A stretch of 64,000 nucleotides of DNA from Leptogorgia sarmentosa (Eukaryota). The position numbers were made by a program, and so were the translations under genes. The DNA lies in assembly GCA_964658305.1 (NCBI GenBank), contig OZ210886.1, positions 682,001 to 746,000 of the forward strand, read 5' to 3'. A model generated the notes under the pieces. The model saw only the letters and a program-made list of their open reading frames with translations, was not told where the DNA came from and did no database searches. Shown piece after piece: positions 26,401 through 41,000 of the stretch (positions within the stretch are counted from its first letter, which is position 1; every line of letters starts with the position of its first letter).

Positions 26401-29400
26401 GGGGGGGGGTGTATATCAATAGTGAAAAGCCATTCCCAAAAGTGGCAGGGGGACGGTTTGTGGTTTCCCTGAAGTTGAGATTTATTTTGTTTGTAAAGGT
26501 GGAGACGTCAAACAAAGTTGAGACCGGCAGTTGGTAGTGGTGGATTACGAGGAGATGTTTATTATTTTGCTCCATGTGGCAAAAAAATACGAACATATCC
26601 TGATGTGAAGAAGGTAATATTTGTTAAGGATATATAGAGAATAATAATGCATGGATGTGTGGAAATATGTGAATATGACCAGGATATATCGGGAGTTGGT
26701 CCCATTACCTCCCAAATTGCAGCCAAAATTGTATTAAAACACAATGCTGAGTCAGCAATATTTGTCACATGTGAAATTACCATAAACAATCTCACATGTG
26801 GAATTACCATAAACAATCTCACATGTGAAATTACCATATATAATCTCACATGTGAAATTACCATAAACAATCTCATGTGAAATTACTATAAACAATCTCA
26901 CATGTAAAATTACCATAAACAATCTCACATGTGAAATTACCATAAACAATCTCACATGTGAAATTACCATGAACAATTTCATATGTGAGATTACCATATA
27001 TAATCTCACATGTGAAATTACCATGAACAATATCTCATATGTGAAATTACCATAAACAATTTCATATGTGAAATCACCATAAATTAACAATCTCACATGT
27101 GGAATTATCATTTTTACCAGTGGCAGAAAGTTCTATAGAACGCTATACTTTATAATAAAAGGAATGAAAATATAAATTAAAGAAAATATTAATTATTTAA
27201 GAAGAGGAAGTTAGACCAGGACATGGCGTGATTTAAATTAGATTTTGTTTGTGGATGTGTCTTTGTTACTGTTAATATTTCATTAGATAAACCATTTTTC
27301 ATTGTAGTACATTGAAAAGAACAGCGTTACAGACCTGGACTTGTCACATTTTAGCTTTAGCATGAAACTTCATCTTGGTGAATTTCTGGAATGTACTCAG
27401 GTATTTAAAAAATAATTGTTTGAAAATGTTTTAATTATATAATTATGATCGATTAAATGTATAAACATTCAGGCATTTATTTTTGGTTGATAAACGACTA
27501 CTTAATCGAACTGAGTGATTACAGTTGCATTTGCTCGTGTGACCAGAAAAAAAAACGCTTCCTACTTTTCGCGGTGGACGTTTTTGCCAAAGACATCAAT
27601 CACTCACTCTACTTATTTTTTTCTATTCAGGGTAACGAGTTTCGTGTCCTAAGCGAAGAAGAGATACAGGAACGAAAAAGGGTAGAAAAACAAAAACAAG
27701 AGGAAAAGCAAGTAAAGTTCAATAAACGAAAAGAAAAAAAGAAGGAACAACAAGGTGAGAAAATGTATTCGTATAGTTGCAATAAAAGATCTATAGGTTA
27801 CAATAACTTCAAATACATTATCCAGTAGTGAAAGCATTCAAAGCAACCCACTGCATACAGCGTTTGCACTTTGTCCCTGGGGATTAAAACAACATGACGG
27901 ACATATTGGTGTACTGTTCAAAAAAATATGTTTAAAATTGTGGGATGGTAACTGTGGGATGGTAATACTATAGGATTCAAAACATGGCTGTTAGCACAGT
28001 GGCAATATACTGAAAATAACCCTCCCGTTAACTTCATGATAGCACGAAGTTATTAAAGATTGTTTTTTGACAGAAAATGCTAAGAAAGTTGCTGAGGCTA
28101 AAATGCATCGTCGACTGGAGCGACAAGCTGCAGTTGAAGCTGCCAAGCAAGCAAAATTAAGAAAAGGTAACGATAATAAGTAAACGGATTTTTTATTGAC
28201 ATGCATCCCAGTATGTTCAGCTACTGTGCAGTTACACGTGATTCTGCCCAAATGCTGTATCACTGGGAAGAAATTTTTTTCAACAAGAAGATTCGCTTCT
28301 CGTGCCTGCTGACTCTCTGAGACCCCATTGTTTTTCGACTATTCGGATAATTTTGTTACACAATTTTTTGCACTGCTTTTCCCTATTGGTTGCACTAATA
28401 ATTGACAAATAACAACACATTTTCAAAATTAATTTCAACGTTTTGGTTCCCTCTACATAAGATCATTTATACGAGACGAAACAAGTCGTGACTTCCGTCG
28501 TGACGGTCAATTACGCATGCAGCTTTATCTCGTACCAAAATCATTTCACTTATTAAACCAGCGCAAGAAAGACTGCAACAGAAACTTGAGAAACAAGAAA
28601 TGCTTCAGGCAGCAAAACAAGCTAAGAAAGATAGAGGTAAGAGTAAATTGTGTAATTTGTACAGTACATGCAGTGTATATATTTGTACGGTACAGTGTAT
28701 ACATTTGTACGGTACAGTGTATACATTTGTACGGTAAATACAAAGTACACAACTGCTTTACCGCTCTTTTTCATTACCAGTATGACTATAAAGTTTATAG
28801 TATTCACATGAACTTGCTGTTCGTCACTGACCATGCTGTTTGTTTTTTTAGCTCGTATGTTGGCTGAACAGAAGAAGAAATCGAAGGAGGAAGTACGGCA
28901 ATTAAAACACTTGGTAATAATCTGGAACTATCTTATATAGTTCAGATGTATTACTAATGCTTTTCAGTTCAGATCAACGCTTTTCATCGTGTTGGTTTAT
29001 TTCATTTTTAGCAAAAACTTCAGAAACTTGAAAAACAAAAACTGGAAAAGGAAGTGAAGGCACAACAACAGATAGAGGTACTGGCCTATGATTTTACCAT
29101 CCTTAATATTTCGAGAAGACGCAAGGCAAACTTCAGGGAAGCCCATAACCCTCATAAATAAATGAATTTTGGGGAATAACGTTCTGTAGGCAAGGAAAAA
29201 GAAGAAAGAAGATGTTGCTAACGCTAAATACCACGAGGCCATGAGGAAAGCTAAGGTATATAAGGCTTGTTGAACACATGATAAGCAGAGAATGCATGAT
29301 AGCTTCCCCTCCGATAAAGTGTAAGTATTGTAAAAAGCGTTTACCTTCTGTTTGTATTTGCTGTTTTACTGGCAAATCAATTGAGCAAGGACGTTTAAGC

Positions 29401-32400
29401 AGTTTTCCAGCGCAATATACAGCTCCCTTGAGAAGGTTTTTCATTTGGCTGAATTTGTTCGGGCGAACTGAACGTTTGCAGTTGAAGTGGAAAACAGCCT
29501 TTAGTATGCATCATTTCTTCTTCGTTGTAGGAAAGAGAATTAAAGAGACAACAAGCTGTTCTTCTCAAGGCTCAGGTAACGATCATCAGACCTCCCATGA
29601 TTCAGTACACATGTTTAATTCAAGTGCCTATGGCACGACATTTTGTCCAACGTTATGTTGATTGCATTGGATGTCTAATCCAACTTAACGAGATATTTAA
29701 CAATCCATTGCATTGCAGGAGAAGGAACGCCTCAAAGAAGAGAAACGGAGAGCCAAAAAAATGGTGAAAGAACGAAAGTTGGTCAGTACATTAAAACACG
29801 CATATTCAACTGCGACTTTCTTTTATGGACTGTGGAGTATTTTCTTAACTGTTAAATTTCCTTTCTTCTATTGTAGGAACAAAAACGTAGAGAAATGATT
29901 TTATCTCGTGAGCTGAAGAAACCCGTTGAAGACATGGTATTAAGAGACGCCAAGGTGAGACTTGTGTACGACAATTTGTGAATGCTTGAACCAGTGTCTG
30001 TCGGAATCCTGGTTTGTAGAAAAACAAAACTTTGCCAGTGTCCGCAGTTTCCTCTCAGAGAAAAGTTGGGGGGAGATAAATCAGAGCCATTTTGCCCCCC
30101 CCCCCTCCTTGTGGTGTCAATTATGTTGTATAATATAACTTATATTTCTGTTCGTTATCTTGTAGTACTTAAATGTATAACCAGTTTATGTGTATTCCTT
30201 TTCAGCCTTTGCCAGAATTGACAAGAGTAAAAGACCTAAAGATTTCAGGAAGTGCTTTTGCTGATCTTTCTATGGTTCAAGAATTTCTGCACAACTTTAG
30301 TACAGCACTGGATATTGGTAAGAGAGGCGAGCATTGCGTGGGTTGCGTCTTTAAAAAAAGAGAAACTGAAACCGTTTTTGACGGACAACTTCTTTATTAA
30401 CGTCTCTTTCAACCTCTAGATTTCGACAGTGAAGTTCCAAGTATGGCAGACATGCAGGCCTCATTACTTAATGAAAGTGATGAAGATGTCGTCACGCCAT
30501 TATGTCAAACTATCTTATTGGCCGCTTTGGATGATCCAGGAGTCGAGGGACCATTTGTACGTAAAAACAATGTTTATAGCAACTATATAAATATCATGAT
30601 GAATTGAAAAGAATGGAGAGTTTATATAAATTTTAAAAAATGTTAAGTTATCTTGGTGCCACATTTACATTTGTAGCAGCGGCCACGCAGGGCCGCAGAT
30701 GTTGCATTTTGCATTGCTGTCTCCAGCATGGTGGAGCAATATTTGCCATTCAATTGAATATCTGACTTTGTATTCACTTTCTGCTTAAATTTGTAGGCTG
30801 AAACAGCACTTGGTGTAAAACTTGATCAGGTTGAAGTGAACGAACATAATGTGTCCGAGATATTGAGATTGTTCATTCTTGCGCGAAATGCTGAGCCAAA
30901 TGAGGTATAGCACGTTTTTCGCGTGCATGCATTCTGCTTCCTCGTTTCACGATTAGTGACAAGAGATGTTATTTAGCTTCAGATCTGCTGCGGTTAACAC
31001 TGAATTATAGTAAAATTAATCTCTCAATTTCAATGTACTTTGTTTACAGATCTCAGATTCTTTAACGGATAAACCTTTCACAGCGCTGAGTCCATCTCAA
31101 AAGGCTGGATCGTTGGCTTTTATTTGTAATGAACTGTTGTGTGGCAGAACCATATGCAGGGAGATTGAAAATAAAATCGAGAATATGTCTTCACTTCGAC
31201 ACAATAAGTGGATTGCTGAAGGAAATCTGAGAAAGTATGTATTATGTAATAATGATGAACAACGTTTGTACAGAGTTGGGGTGAGCCCAAAGCCAAGGTC
31301 GGTTGTTCAAAGCCAGATTATCCTCCGAAATGTTGTGGGATTTTTGAAGAAAGAAATTTTAATGGAATTTAGAATATTTATAAGTTCATTCTAATGGATG
31401 GAGTTATGAATAGTACAAACTTTTTAAAACTTTCTTAGACTTAAAGCTCTGCAGCAACAAAAGTTCCCTGAAAGCAAGATTCCAACTAAAGCAACGGCAT
31501 CAGAAGAAAAGAAAAGTCCCAGGAGGAAAGCAAATGCTTCTTCCACTACAACAACAACAACACCTAATGAAAAAGAACGGAAGAGGAAAGTGGTTGAAGA
31601 GGAAGGAAGTGACGGCAGTGATGACGAGGATGAGGATGAGGATGATGATGAAGAGGAAATGGAAGAAGATGAAGAAGAAGAAGATGATGATGGTGGAGAA
31701 GAGGAAGAAGAAGGAGCTGATGACGAAGAGGATTCGGATGATGAATCTACGGAAGAGGTATGTTAGCGTATTAAAATGATCGCATTAGAACATAATGAGT
31801 AAACAAACCTTGCATCTAATTGTGAATTATATCGTTCTCGCGTGTTATACATACCCTGTATAGTTCTGATAATTTATCGAGAATTTTATCTGTGTTGTAG
31901 GAGAAAGCCGAACCCGAAACTTTGGAAGAGTTCGAAAGGCGAATTCAAAAACTGGAAAAGGTAGTTGTTGTTTTGTATTTCGCCCTCCCCTGCTAATAAT
32001 TTTCGAAGTATCCGCCACGACTGCCATTCCCAACGGTATACTGTGCCGCAATAAAGGTAAATATCAAATTGATTTTTTTTAGAAACAAGCTCAATTTCGT
32101 TCAAAGTTGTTCGCATCTTCCCATTCGCTACGAGCTTTGTACTTGGGTCAAGACAGATTTCGCCGCATGTACTGGGTTCTACCTTATGGAGGAAGTTTGT
32201 ATATTGAAGGAAATGAGAATGGTGAAACAGGACTGGAGAATTTCGACATGTCCAAAATAGGTGAAGAGCATTCCAACATTATTGACAATAAGAATTTTGG
32301 AAGACAGGGTGTGTTTAGTCCTGGGTTGACGCGATGTTTAGACGACATTAAGGGCCCTACTGGGGAAGGACAATTCAGAGGTTTGCATGGAACACAAGTG

Positions 32401-35400
32401 GCTGGAGGGCCTGCCGAAGACTCGCCAATGAAGCTGTTGATGCAACATGTTTCTTCGCAAGGAATACCTAGCAATGAAAATACCAGCAGTGGACTTAAAT
32501 CTCCAACCCAGGACAACAATAATGAATTGACTCAAACACCAAATCATTCTAATTCTGGATCTGAGCATCAGAACGCATCAAACCGAGGGGTTCTAGTAAT
32601 GGAAGGACCAACAACGCCTTGGTTCAATCTTTTACCACGTGAACCTTGTGATAAAACTACCATAACAAATTGCTGGATGCCGACCATTAATACACAACGT
32701 ACTCCGCTAGATGGTAATGTTCCACGGCGACCAGGTAGGCCCCCTAAACAAGCGAAAGTGAGCGAGGGTGAGAGTTCATCTGGTGTAACCAAAGCGACAG
32801 TTGAAGAAACAGATGTAGTAATGACATCTCCACCAGTCTATCAGTTACCATCTTTACCCAGACCGCTGACACTCGACGAGGTACGCCGCAGTGTAATGGA
32901 GTCATTACGTCAAGATCCTGCACCTATACCTAAAGGTTTGTATCCAACGTCAAATATTTAGCTCTTACCTAACCCTTCAAGACTCTTTCATCATTAAGAA
33001 GTTGTAGAGCGTTTATATGGTAGATGTTCCTTGAATCGAATGAACAAAGACACGCCAAAATGTTCGGCTTTTCGCACATTACTTTGCAAAACCTGTTTAA
33101 TCGTTTTAAATGTCACTTTTTATGCCGAGGTTAGATACCACCACCTATATTGGTAATTCTGCACGACATTGTAACTGTACAAAATCTTTGTAGAAATGCA
33201 ATGTGGCTGGTGGAGGGTTACTGACTCACGCCTCCTCAAAGACCTCACGAAGACCTTACATCAAAGAGGCATCCGGGAGAAAAGTTTGCAGAAGAATGTT
33301 TTAAAGTTCAATGATTATACTCAGCATTCATTTGAAAAGCAGGAATACCAGTGTAAGTAACGTCAGCTCGCCTTGTCCTTTTAGGCTAAGCCGTTTTGTT
33401 CGAGTATTAAATGAATTGTTGTTTGTATTTAGTATCCACTGAAGTGAACTCGAGTGATGAAGAAGAGGAGGCTACGAAACCTGAAGAACAACAAGAGGAA
33501 ATTGAGATTGTAGATGTTTGGTTCCCAGATCAAGCTTTCGCAGCAAATAAAAATAGTTTAATCGAAGTTGAGGAACTGGAGGAAAAGATATTTGCAGCGA
33601 GCTTACAAGTCAAGGTATGTATAATTTTCCCTTGTAAGAGACTTGCAGGGCATAGTGTCAGAAAGATTGTATGTTGTTCCAAATATTTTTTCCACAAATT
33701 AGAAAAAATAGAAAACACAAGGCAAACTCACGACGACCTATAACTCTGAATCCGTTGTGTTTTCTAAGTACAATATCAAACAATTAGTCAAGGTTTTGTT
33801 TCATTTTAGCGGACTAAAGGTTGCCTATTATGACAATGTGTTAAAATTCTGTAGCGTTGTGCTAAATAGATGTGCAGGACGTTTTATTTTTATTTCAGGG
33901 TTGGAGATTACCACCCAAAGCATCGCAGACTCTGTCATACAGTACCAAATCAGGTAAAAACATTTTATCGTTTTAGTCATTGTAGATTGTGCATGTATGA
34001 CAAGAATTTTGATGAATTTTTCCAACCAGCAAATATTGATATTTTGCAGATGGCAGCAAGCCTGAGAGCGTGTGCGGGTTGCCGCTGACCATAGCTATTA
34101 CTCGTTTGGCGTCTCTTGAGGCAGGAATTGAGCGAAGATACCTGAAATCACCTCTACGAAATGAGTAAGTTAAAAGTCCTGGTGGTTTAGTAACACACAA
34201 AAGGCCAACAACCTCTCTAACAATGTAAGAATTAGTTCATTCAGAGACAATGAAGCTGTTCAGAAACGTTTATTGCACTTTTCCTATGTTGCAGTAAGCT
34301 ACAAATTCCCGCCAATCTAACCAACGGTTCAAACACCAAGAATGAAGAACAGAGTGCTGAAACATCTGCACAAGCTCAGAGTACTACAAGGTAATTATTA
34401 AAACATTTCCAGACCTTGTTGCTTCGACCAGTAATAACTTATCGTTCATGCGTTTCTCCTATTCATTGTTCTTGTAGCGAAAAGGAAGAAGTGGTAACAC
34501 CTGCGTTGAAGTTATGGCGAGAAACTGTGTCAGCATGTCGTACACCTGCTCAGTTGTACATGTGTTTGACATTGCTCACTGATTGTATCGCCTGGGAGAA
34601 ATCTATTATGAAAGTTGTAAGATATTTTGCATTTTTTTCCTTAAAGCTGTACTGTACAGAACCCATTATCCCCTTTGGTTTTCGACTGCGAAAATCTTCA
34701 AATTGTCATTGTGATTTCCTGTGAAACATGTACTGTGTAATGGAGGGATTCAGCACGCTTCTTTTCAGTAGCTAGCTTTTTATTTGTATTGGCAGCGAAT
34801 TTGTTATATTTTATTTGTGTAGTTCTGTCAGATGTGCCGTAAAGGAGACAATGAACAACTTCTATTACTTTGTGATGGATGTGATCGTGGCTATCACACG
34901 TATTGCTGTCAGGTAAAGATCATTTCTCTCAAATCCATGATAACTGCCAACTCCAAAGTCTCGGATATGTGTGCTAATCTATATTGTTCAAACGCCATGT
35001 CGTAATGAACACCATATAAGTAGTTGGACTTCAGTCGAGTGGTTCGGCTCATGGTGTACTATGTATCTTTTTGAAAATAAATAATGTTCGTATTATCGTT
35101 TTAGCCAAAGCTTGATACCATTCCTCAAGGTGACTGGTACTGTACAGATTGTATTATTATGGTAAGTTGAGGAAAAATTCGTTAAAACTCACCGTTATCT
35201 TTTGTACGACTGCACAATTCCATTCATATAGTGCATGGATCCATGTGTCAAGCAAGACCTTCCTTTAGTCTAAAATGCAAATTGTCCATTGCCTTGCCAA
35301 ACCCAAGAGGACTTTTCCTTTGTCATGTATCATGATTGTGTAATGTTTTAGGCGACGGGTAAAAGTTGTTGTTTCATGTGTCGCGGAACACAAGAACGTC

Positions 35401-36871
35401 TTTTACGTTGTACACAGTGTCCAAGGAATTATCATCCACAGTGTGTTGATCCGCCACTCTCCAAGTAAGATGTTTTAAGAGTACTGTATCTTATAAAATG
35501 CGATTACAACGATTGTTCTCTTAAGACCTCCAGTAATGACCATATCTTCCTTGTTGCGTCATGTAGGTCAATGTAGGTAATGTTTTCGTTTTCAACTCAA
35601 AATGCCACCAATTACCGACTGGTTTACCATGCGGTACTAACGTCGGCTCATCCGTCATTTCTTCCTCTTTGTGTCTCATATGTTGTGTGTATTTACTGTA
35701 GAATTCCTCGTTGCTGGTCGTGCCCCAACTGTAAAAAGGTCAAGGTAAGTGTATGGGTGACGTTAGCTATCCATGACGTTTCGTTAATGAATTCCCAGGC
35801 TTACACCTGCTGTAAATAGCAACTAGTAAAGGATTCCTACTAACTTTTCTCTGTATTTGACAAATATTTCAGTCTAAATCCCGCAGCCGTGCGTCCACAA
35901 CAAGTCGTAAAAGGAAAAAACAGATGCAAGCAGCAGAGAGTGAAGATGTAGATGAAAGAAGCAGCCTCGCCTTGGCTGATGAATCACGCCAACATCTGAA
36001 TAGAAAACAGTGCTCAAAGGATATGGCGCCATGTCGAAGTTTGCTCGCTGAAATGGAGAAACATGAAGATGCGTGGCCATTTTTAGTTCCTGTCAATCCA
36101 AAACAGGTAAACAACCACTGTTAATCAATCATTTTTCCCTACTGTAGTATTGTAATACTAATTAGGAGTGTCAAGAAGATACTTCACGAAATCTTATTTC
36201 GTGTTTTGCTAATGAATTGTTGTATCAGCCTGAACATGTAAGATTGAATCACTGCAATTATCATTGTCTAGTTTCCTGAGTACTATACCATAATCCTATC
36301 TCCAATGGATTTCCACACAATGAAAGTAAAATTACGGGATTTCCAGTAAGTTTCTGTATCATTAATCTCACAGTGGACGCTGAACCTCTATAAAACGTAA
36401 TTGACCTCAATCATTTCTAGATACGCGTCTCGAGAAGATTTTGCAGCCGACAGTCGCCTCGTGTTTGATAACTGTAATCACTATAACGAAGATGACTCCG
36501 AAGTATGTATATGGAAACTGTTGTTGACTTCGTTGTTCACATTAAAATACACTGCTTTGTCGGAACCCGTGATCCTTAGAGACACTTGCCGAAGGTTGAT
36601 GAACTTTTCAGAAATGTAGCATAAATACAATCTAGTCAATACAGTCTATGGTTAAAGGAAAAAGAAAATTTAGAAACATTAAACGCTTGTAACCGAGTTC
36701 AGTTGTTGGTAAACAGTGGTGAACAGTGGATAAGCATGTGGATTAGAACCCGATTGTGTAGTTCACTTACATTGATCGTGGTCCTATTATCTTTAGGTTG
36801 GTCAAGCAGGGAAACGGTTGAGGAAGTTCTTTGAGAAACGTTGGCAAGAAATAAATCGAGACTGCGAATAG
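23473..36871 (+). CDS. BAZ2B: Bromodomain adjacent to zinc finger 2 (BAZ2A/B, Toutatis-like); many exons
   Basis: TAM/MBD ([23 protein letters not shown], ~26500-26613), coiled-coil mini-exons, DDT ([14 protein letters not shown], 30206-30317), WHIM motifs ([22 protein letters not shown]), AT-hook RPGRPPK, two PHD fingers (34823-35744), bromodomain ([25 protein letters not shown]), stop at 36869-36871. Confidence 0.95.
26765..27110. repeat. Intronic minisatellite, ~27-bp unit, about 12-13 copies
   Basis: Unit tcacatgtgaaattaccataaacaatc, containing the palindrome TCACATGTGA. Confidence 0.95.
28656..28735. repeat. Short intronic tandem repeat (~22-bp unit, 3-4 copies)
   Basis: atttgtacggtacagtgtatac repeated. 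Confidence 0.8.
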
Positions 36872-37807
36872 CTAGAAGGTACTGCTTTGAAGTTGATAAA
36901 TAAACAATTGTTGTCTGAGGCGGAAGACGTCAAATATCTAATGTTTTATTATCGTTGTTGTCCAGATGAACAAGAAAGAAGTCGAAGCTTGTACGTCCAA
37001 CGTCACATGGAGGTGTTGTCCTCTGGAGGTGTTGTCCCCTCTCAACACGCCATGGCGTTTTCAAAATAGACAGAGAGCATTTTTAAAATGGCCCTTTGTA
37101 CTGTCATGTAAATACGTGTCTTTTACACAACTCGTTTATAGGACATTTTGTCGATCAGATACTTGATGTTTTCTTGTTTCAAAGACTGCTAAAGGAATAT
37201 ATAACTTTCAGTCGAATATATTCACTTGACTTTGAATGATTACCACACATGTGAGCTTGCGTCATCACCATGTTGGTTAAATTAACCAAAGATGTTTTGT
37301 TTGACAAATTGTATTGTGATATAGCGAACTTTCTTTTCTGCGATGAATCATTCTTTGTGGAAGGAGTTCGATGACAGTTTTTTTTGTGATTTCCGGAGTA
37401 ATCAAGTTCTTTGGGAATATTGTTTAATAGTTACATCAACCTTGATAATTTTATAAATCGCAGAAGCGAACAAAAGCAAACAAAAGTTGTCTTTTAGCTT
37501 TGGAAAAGGAAAGACTTATGTAAAGTTAAATATTTAATGAAATGGAATATTTGGCATGTATTTTACTTGCAATTGATATTGTACATATGACACTTTGTAG
37601 CAACCATGTAAATTAATTTTTAAATGTGTGAATCTTGTGATACTCCAAAATCTTGATTAAAATGAATGATTTGTGATTTTAAATACTTTGTATCACACTT
37701 CTTTTATCCTGTTTTGCCAAAATATGAAATCCCAGAGGCATATAATGTGAATAATAATTACATTGTGAATAAAAAAATTCATCGAATGCATAATTATTTA
37801 TGCAGGT

Positions 37808-37831
37808 TCCGTTTTTTTGGGACACCCTGTA
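37808..37831 (-). mobile_element. Solo Tc1/mariner-like TIR remnant
   Basis: Minus strand reads TA|CAGGGTGTCCCAAAAAAACGG; similar solo ends at ~581, ~5853 and ~46652. Confidence 0.5.
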
Positions 37832-38049
37832 GATCATACAGATGTGTAACTACTGAACATTGAAAATTGACATTTTCACGTGCCCACTTTGTCCGTACAT
37901 TTTTTCCGGAACACAAGGCCGCCCCCGGCCCAAACTCCAAAACCACCAATCCTCGCACCCTGAGCCTGCGATCTGCAGTCAACCAGGCTGCGAATTGTTA
38001 ATACGTCGTGTTAAGACAAAAATAATGTCTCGGGCTTAGGAAATCCAAG

Positions 38050-41000
38050 ATGGAGGACGAACGTGCAAATCTTTTAAATTCTATTTGTAAGTATAGTACG
38101 TATAGTCCTCTGGTTTGCACAGCAATAAGACAGAGATGTGTCATGCACAACTACAGGTAATGTCATCTAATTATGCTTTTTATTATATTCAAGTAAAAAG
38201 AGGTCCAAACAAGAGGCGAATCAAACCTGCTGAGAATAATGATTTGTTGGAACTTGCTCTTTGTTATGAAGATGGAAGTGAAGATGATGATGAAGATTTT
38301 CAAATGGACACTGATGATGAGGATGAAGGTGTAATTACCTGCTAGTTTTATTTTGCATGGAAAATATTTTCTTTGTGGATGGTAGCCCTGAAGAAATTGT
38401 TGTTATACAGTATTGAATTATATGTTGCATGCTACTGTTTTTCTACTGGTCCATTATTGAACTGTGGACTTCCACTGGTAAAAAGAATATTTTCACATGT
38501 GAGATGAGATTATGCATGGTAATTGAAATTATTACATGTGACAATTCTTGCTGACTCAGCATTGTGTTTTGATGTTTTTGTTTGCTTCCACCACTCTTGA
38601 CATACTCTAGGCACCACTTGAAGTAATTTTTATATTTCCATAAAGCTGTATTACTCTCTATTTCCAATATTATGTGTGCTAATTTATCAGGGAGTGAGGT
38701 AGAGAGTGATGAAGAAAAACAGAACAAGCAAGATGGTGATAATGCTAAGGAACCAAATGCTTCAGAAGAACAAACAGATGATGATAAGGATACAAGTGAT
38801 GATTCAGAGGAAGATAGTGAAGATAGTGCCGACACATCTTCACATAAACCAGTGACTGTCGAAGATATGATTGGGCAACTAAATGAGACTGAACCAAGCA
38901 GTGATGTGAAAACTCCAGATAAGATGGTAAGGAATATCAAATGAGAATTTAGATGAATACAATTTCAAACTACTGATGAGAAAATAATTCTCAATGGAGC
39001 ATGTTTGGGTTTGGTTTGGGTGGTTACTAGATATAGCAGAAGTAGCCAGGCCAGGTTGCATCTATTACTTCCATTCCTACATGAACAATGTATGCTGGGT
39101 GAACTTTAAAATATTGTTTGATTGTTGAGACTTGGATTTCATTTCTTTTTTTACAAGGTGGAGAATCAAGCATCTAAGCCCAAAGTCTTGCTGAAAGTTC
39201 TCATCTGTGGTATTTGTTTGGAAGATAATAAGTAAGTTGATGATTGTCGCATATCCACATTATTGCATCCTCAAATATTTCTTGTTTCAATGTTTCAGAA
39301 ATCATGTGATTTGGAGACTGAATTTGGAAACTGTTTTAAATAAAAAAGATGTATTTGAATATTTTGTTTTAATAGTGACGAGGATGATGAAATTGTTGAG
39401 TGTGATAATTGTGGAATTTGTGTTCATGAAAGTAAGTGACATCTGGATTGTAATACAAACACAGCAAAAATGGTATATTTCAAGTTTTTTTGGTATGAAA
39501 CTTAAACAAAACTTTGAGTGACTGCACTGTGTGAGAAGAAGGGACATGAAATAGGACAATAGGTTTTATCAAAAATATAGTAAGTCAGAATCTTTAAAAA
39601 GTTTTTCCGTATAGGTTGTTATGGGATTGATACGGATGATGATAAATCAGATGATTCATCAGACTCAGAGTCGTCAACAGAACCTTGGTTTTGTGATGCA
39701 TGTAAAAGTGGAGTGATTCCAGTAAGCATGTAATAATATCCTGAAATAAAGTGGGGAACTTCCACCTATCCCCAGAGCTGATTATTTCTGTTTATAGTAA
39801 CACTGTGTTCGTGAGGAGTAGTCATTAGTAAATTCCTGATTTCCTTGTTTAGGAGTGTGAGCTCTGTCCCAATTTGGATGGAATTTTTAAGGAAACGTTA
39901 CGTGGACAGTACGTAATATTTATGTTGTGAATTGTAAATGTTGTGAATTCGTTATTTCTGCTTTTTCTCTGCCCAAACTATTATCATTTTTCCTCAGTGA
40001 GAAAACGCTTAAATGGTTTGTTTTTTTAGATGGGTTCATCTTGTGTGTGCATTGTACACGCCTGGTGTTACATTTGACATTCCTGAGAAACTTGAAGGCA
40101 TTGTTATAATTGATATACCAGTTTCAAAATGGAGTGCAAAGGTCAGTTTTATACTGAAGTGTTGCAAGGGAAGGCAATAGGGTGATGGTAGTAGGGTGTA
40201 TCAATATACAGTAGTACTAGGTATTTTAGCTCAAGAAGTTTTTTCTACCTGCAAAAATTTGCTACAGTAGGACCTTTCACACGAAGACCTTTGTCTAACT
40301 TTCCAACACAGGACTTTTGTTCAAAACGTCGAAGTTCTTAATAGTATTTCTGAGTCGTTAGAAATTCCTTCAATTACAATATTTGAAACGTTGTAAACTT
40401 AGTGTTTTTCCACTTGGCTTTGCTGTAGGAATGTGAATTGTGTGAAGATCCAAGTCTGAGTAGAACTGGCGTGTGTATTGGATGTGATGCTGGATTGTGT
40501 AAAACATTTTTCCACGCATCATGGTATGTTCCTCTTTTATTTATTAGTCCCTTTGACAAGTAAGACCAGATCCGCCTTGTTTTATGCATGCGTGTTTCAC
40601 ACGATTAGCTACACCTATGGCACTGAAATAGGTTGTTAAAACAACGCAATTCCCAACAATGTTCTCACAAAAGCTAATGCTTCGTAAACACAATGTTCAT
40701 CATGGACGTGTGTTTTTAGTGCTCAAAAGAAAGGATTGTTATCAGAATTACCTGAAGAAGATGATGAGGTACAGATTGTTGGATCTGAATTTCTTGAAAT
40801 GAATTTTTTCATGATAGAATCGCATTGCGACGTTATTCAGCTATGCTCATCGTATTCTTGCTGCTTTCGAATAAATTGTTGAGTTTTCATCTTCAACGAC
40901 CTCTCGAATTCATGCAAAAATGATCGTATTATACAGGACGTTGCTGATCCGCTTTATGCACATTGTAAGCTTCATCTGGATAAATCAATTGCAAAGAAAA

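Noticed and set aside
26562..27111. Repetitive ORFs (VISHVRLFM..., TCEITINNL...)
   Set aside because: Translations of the 27-bp minisatellite.
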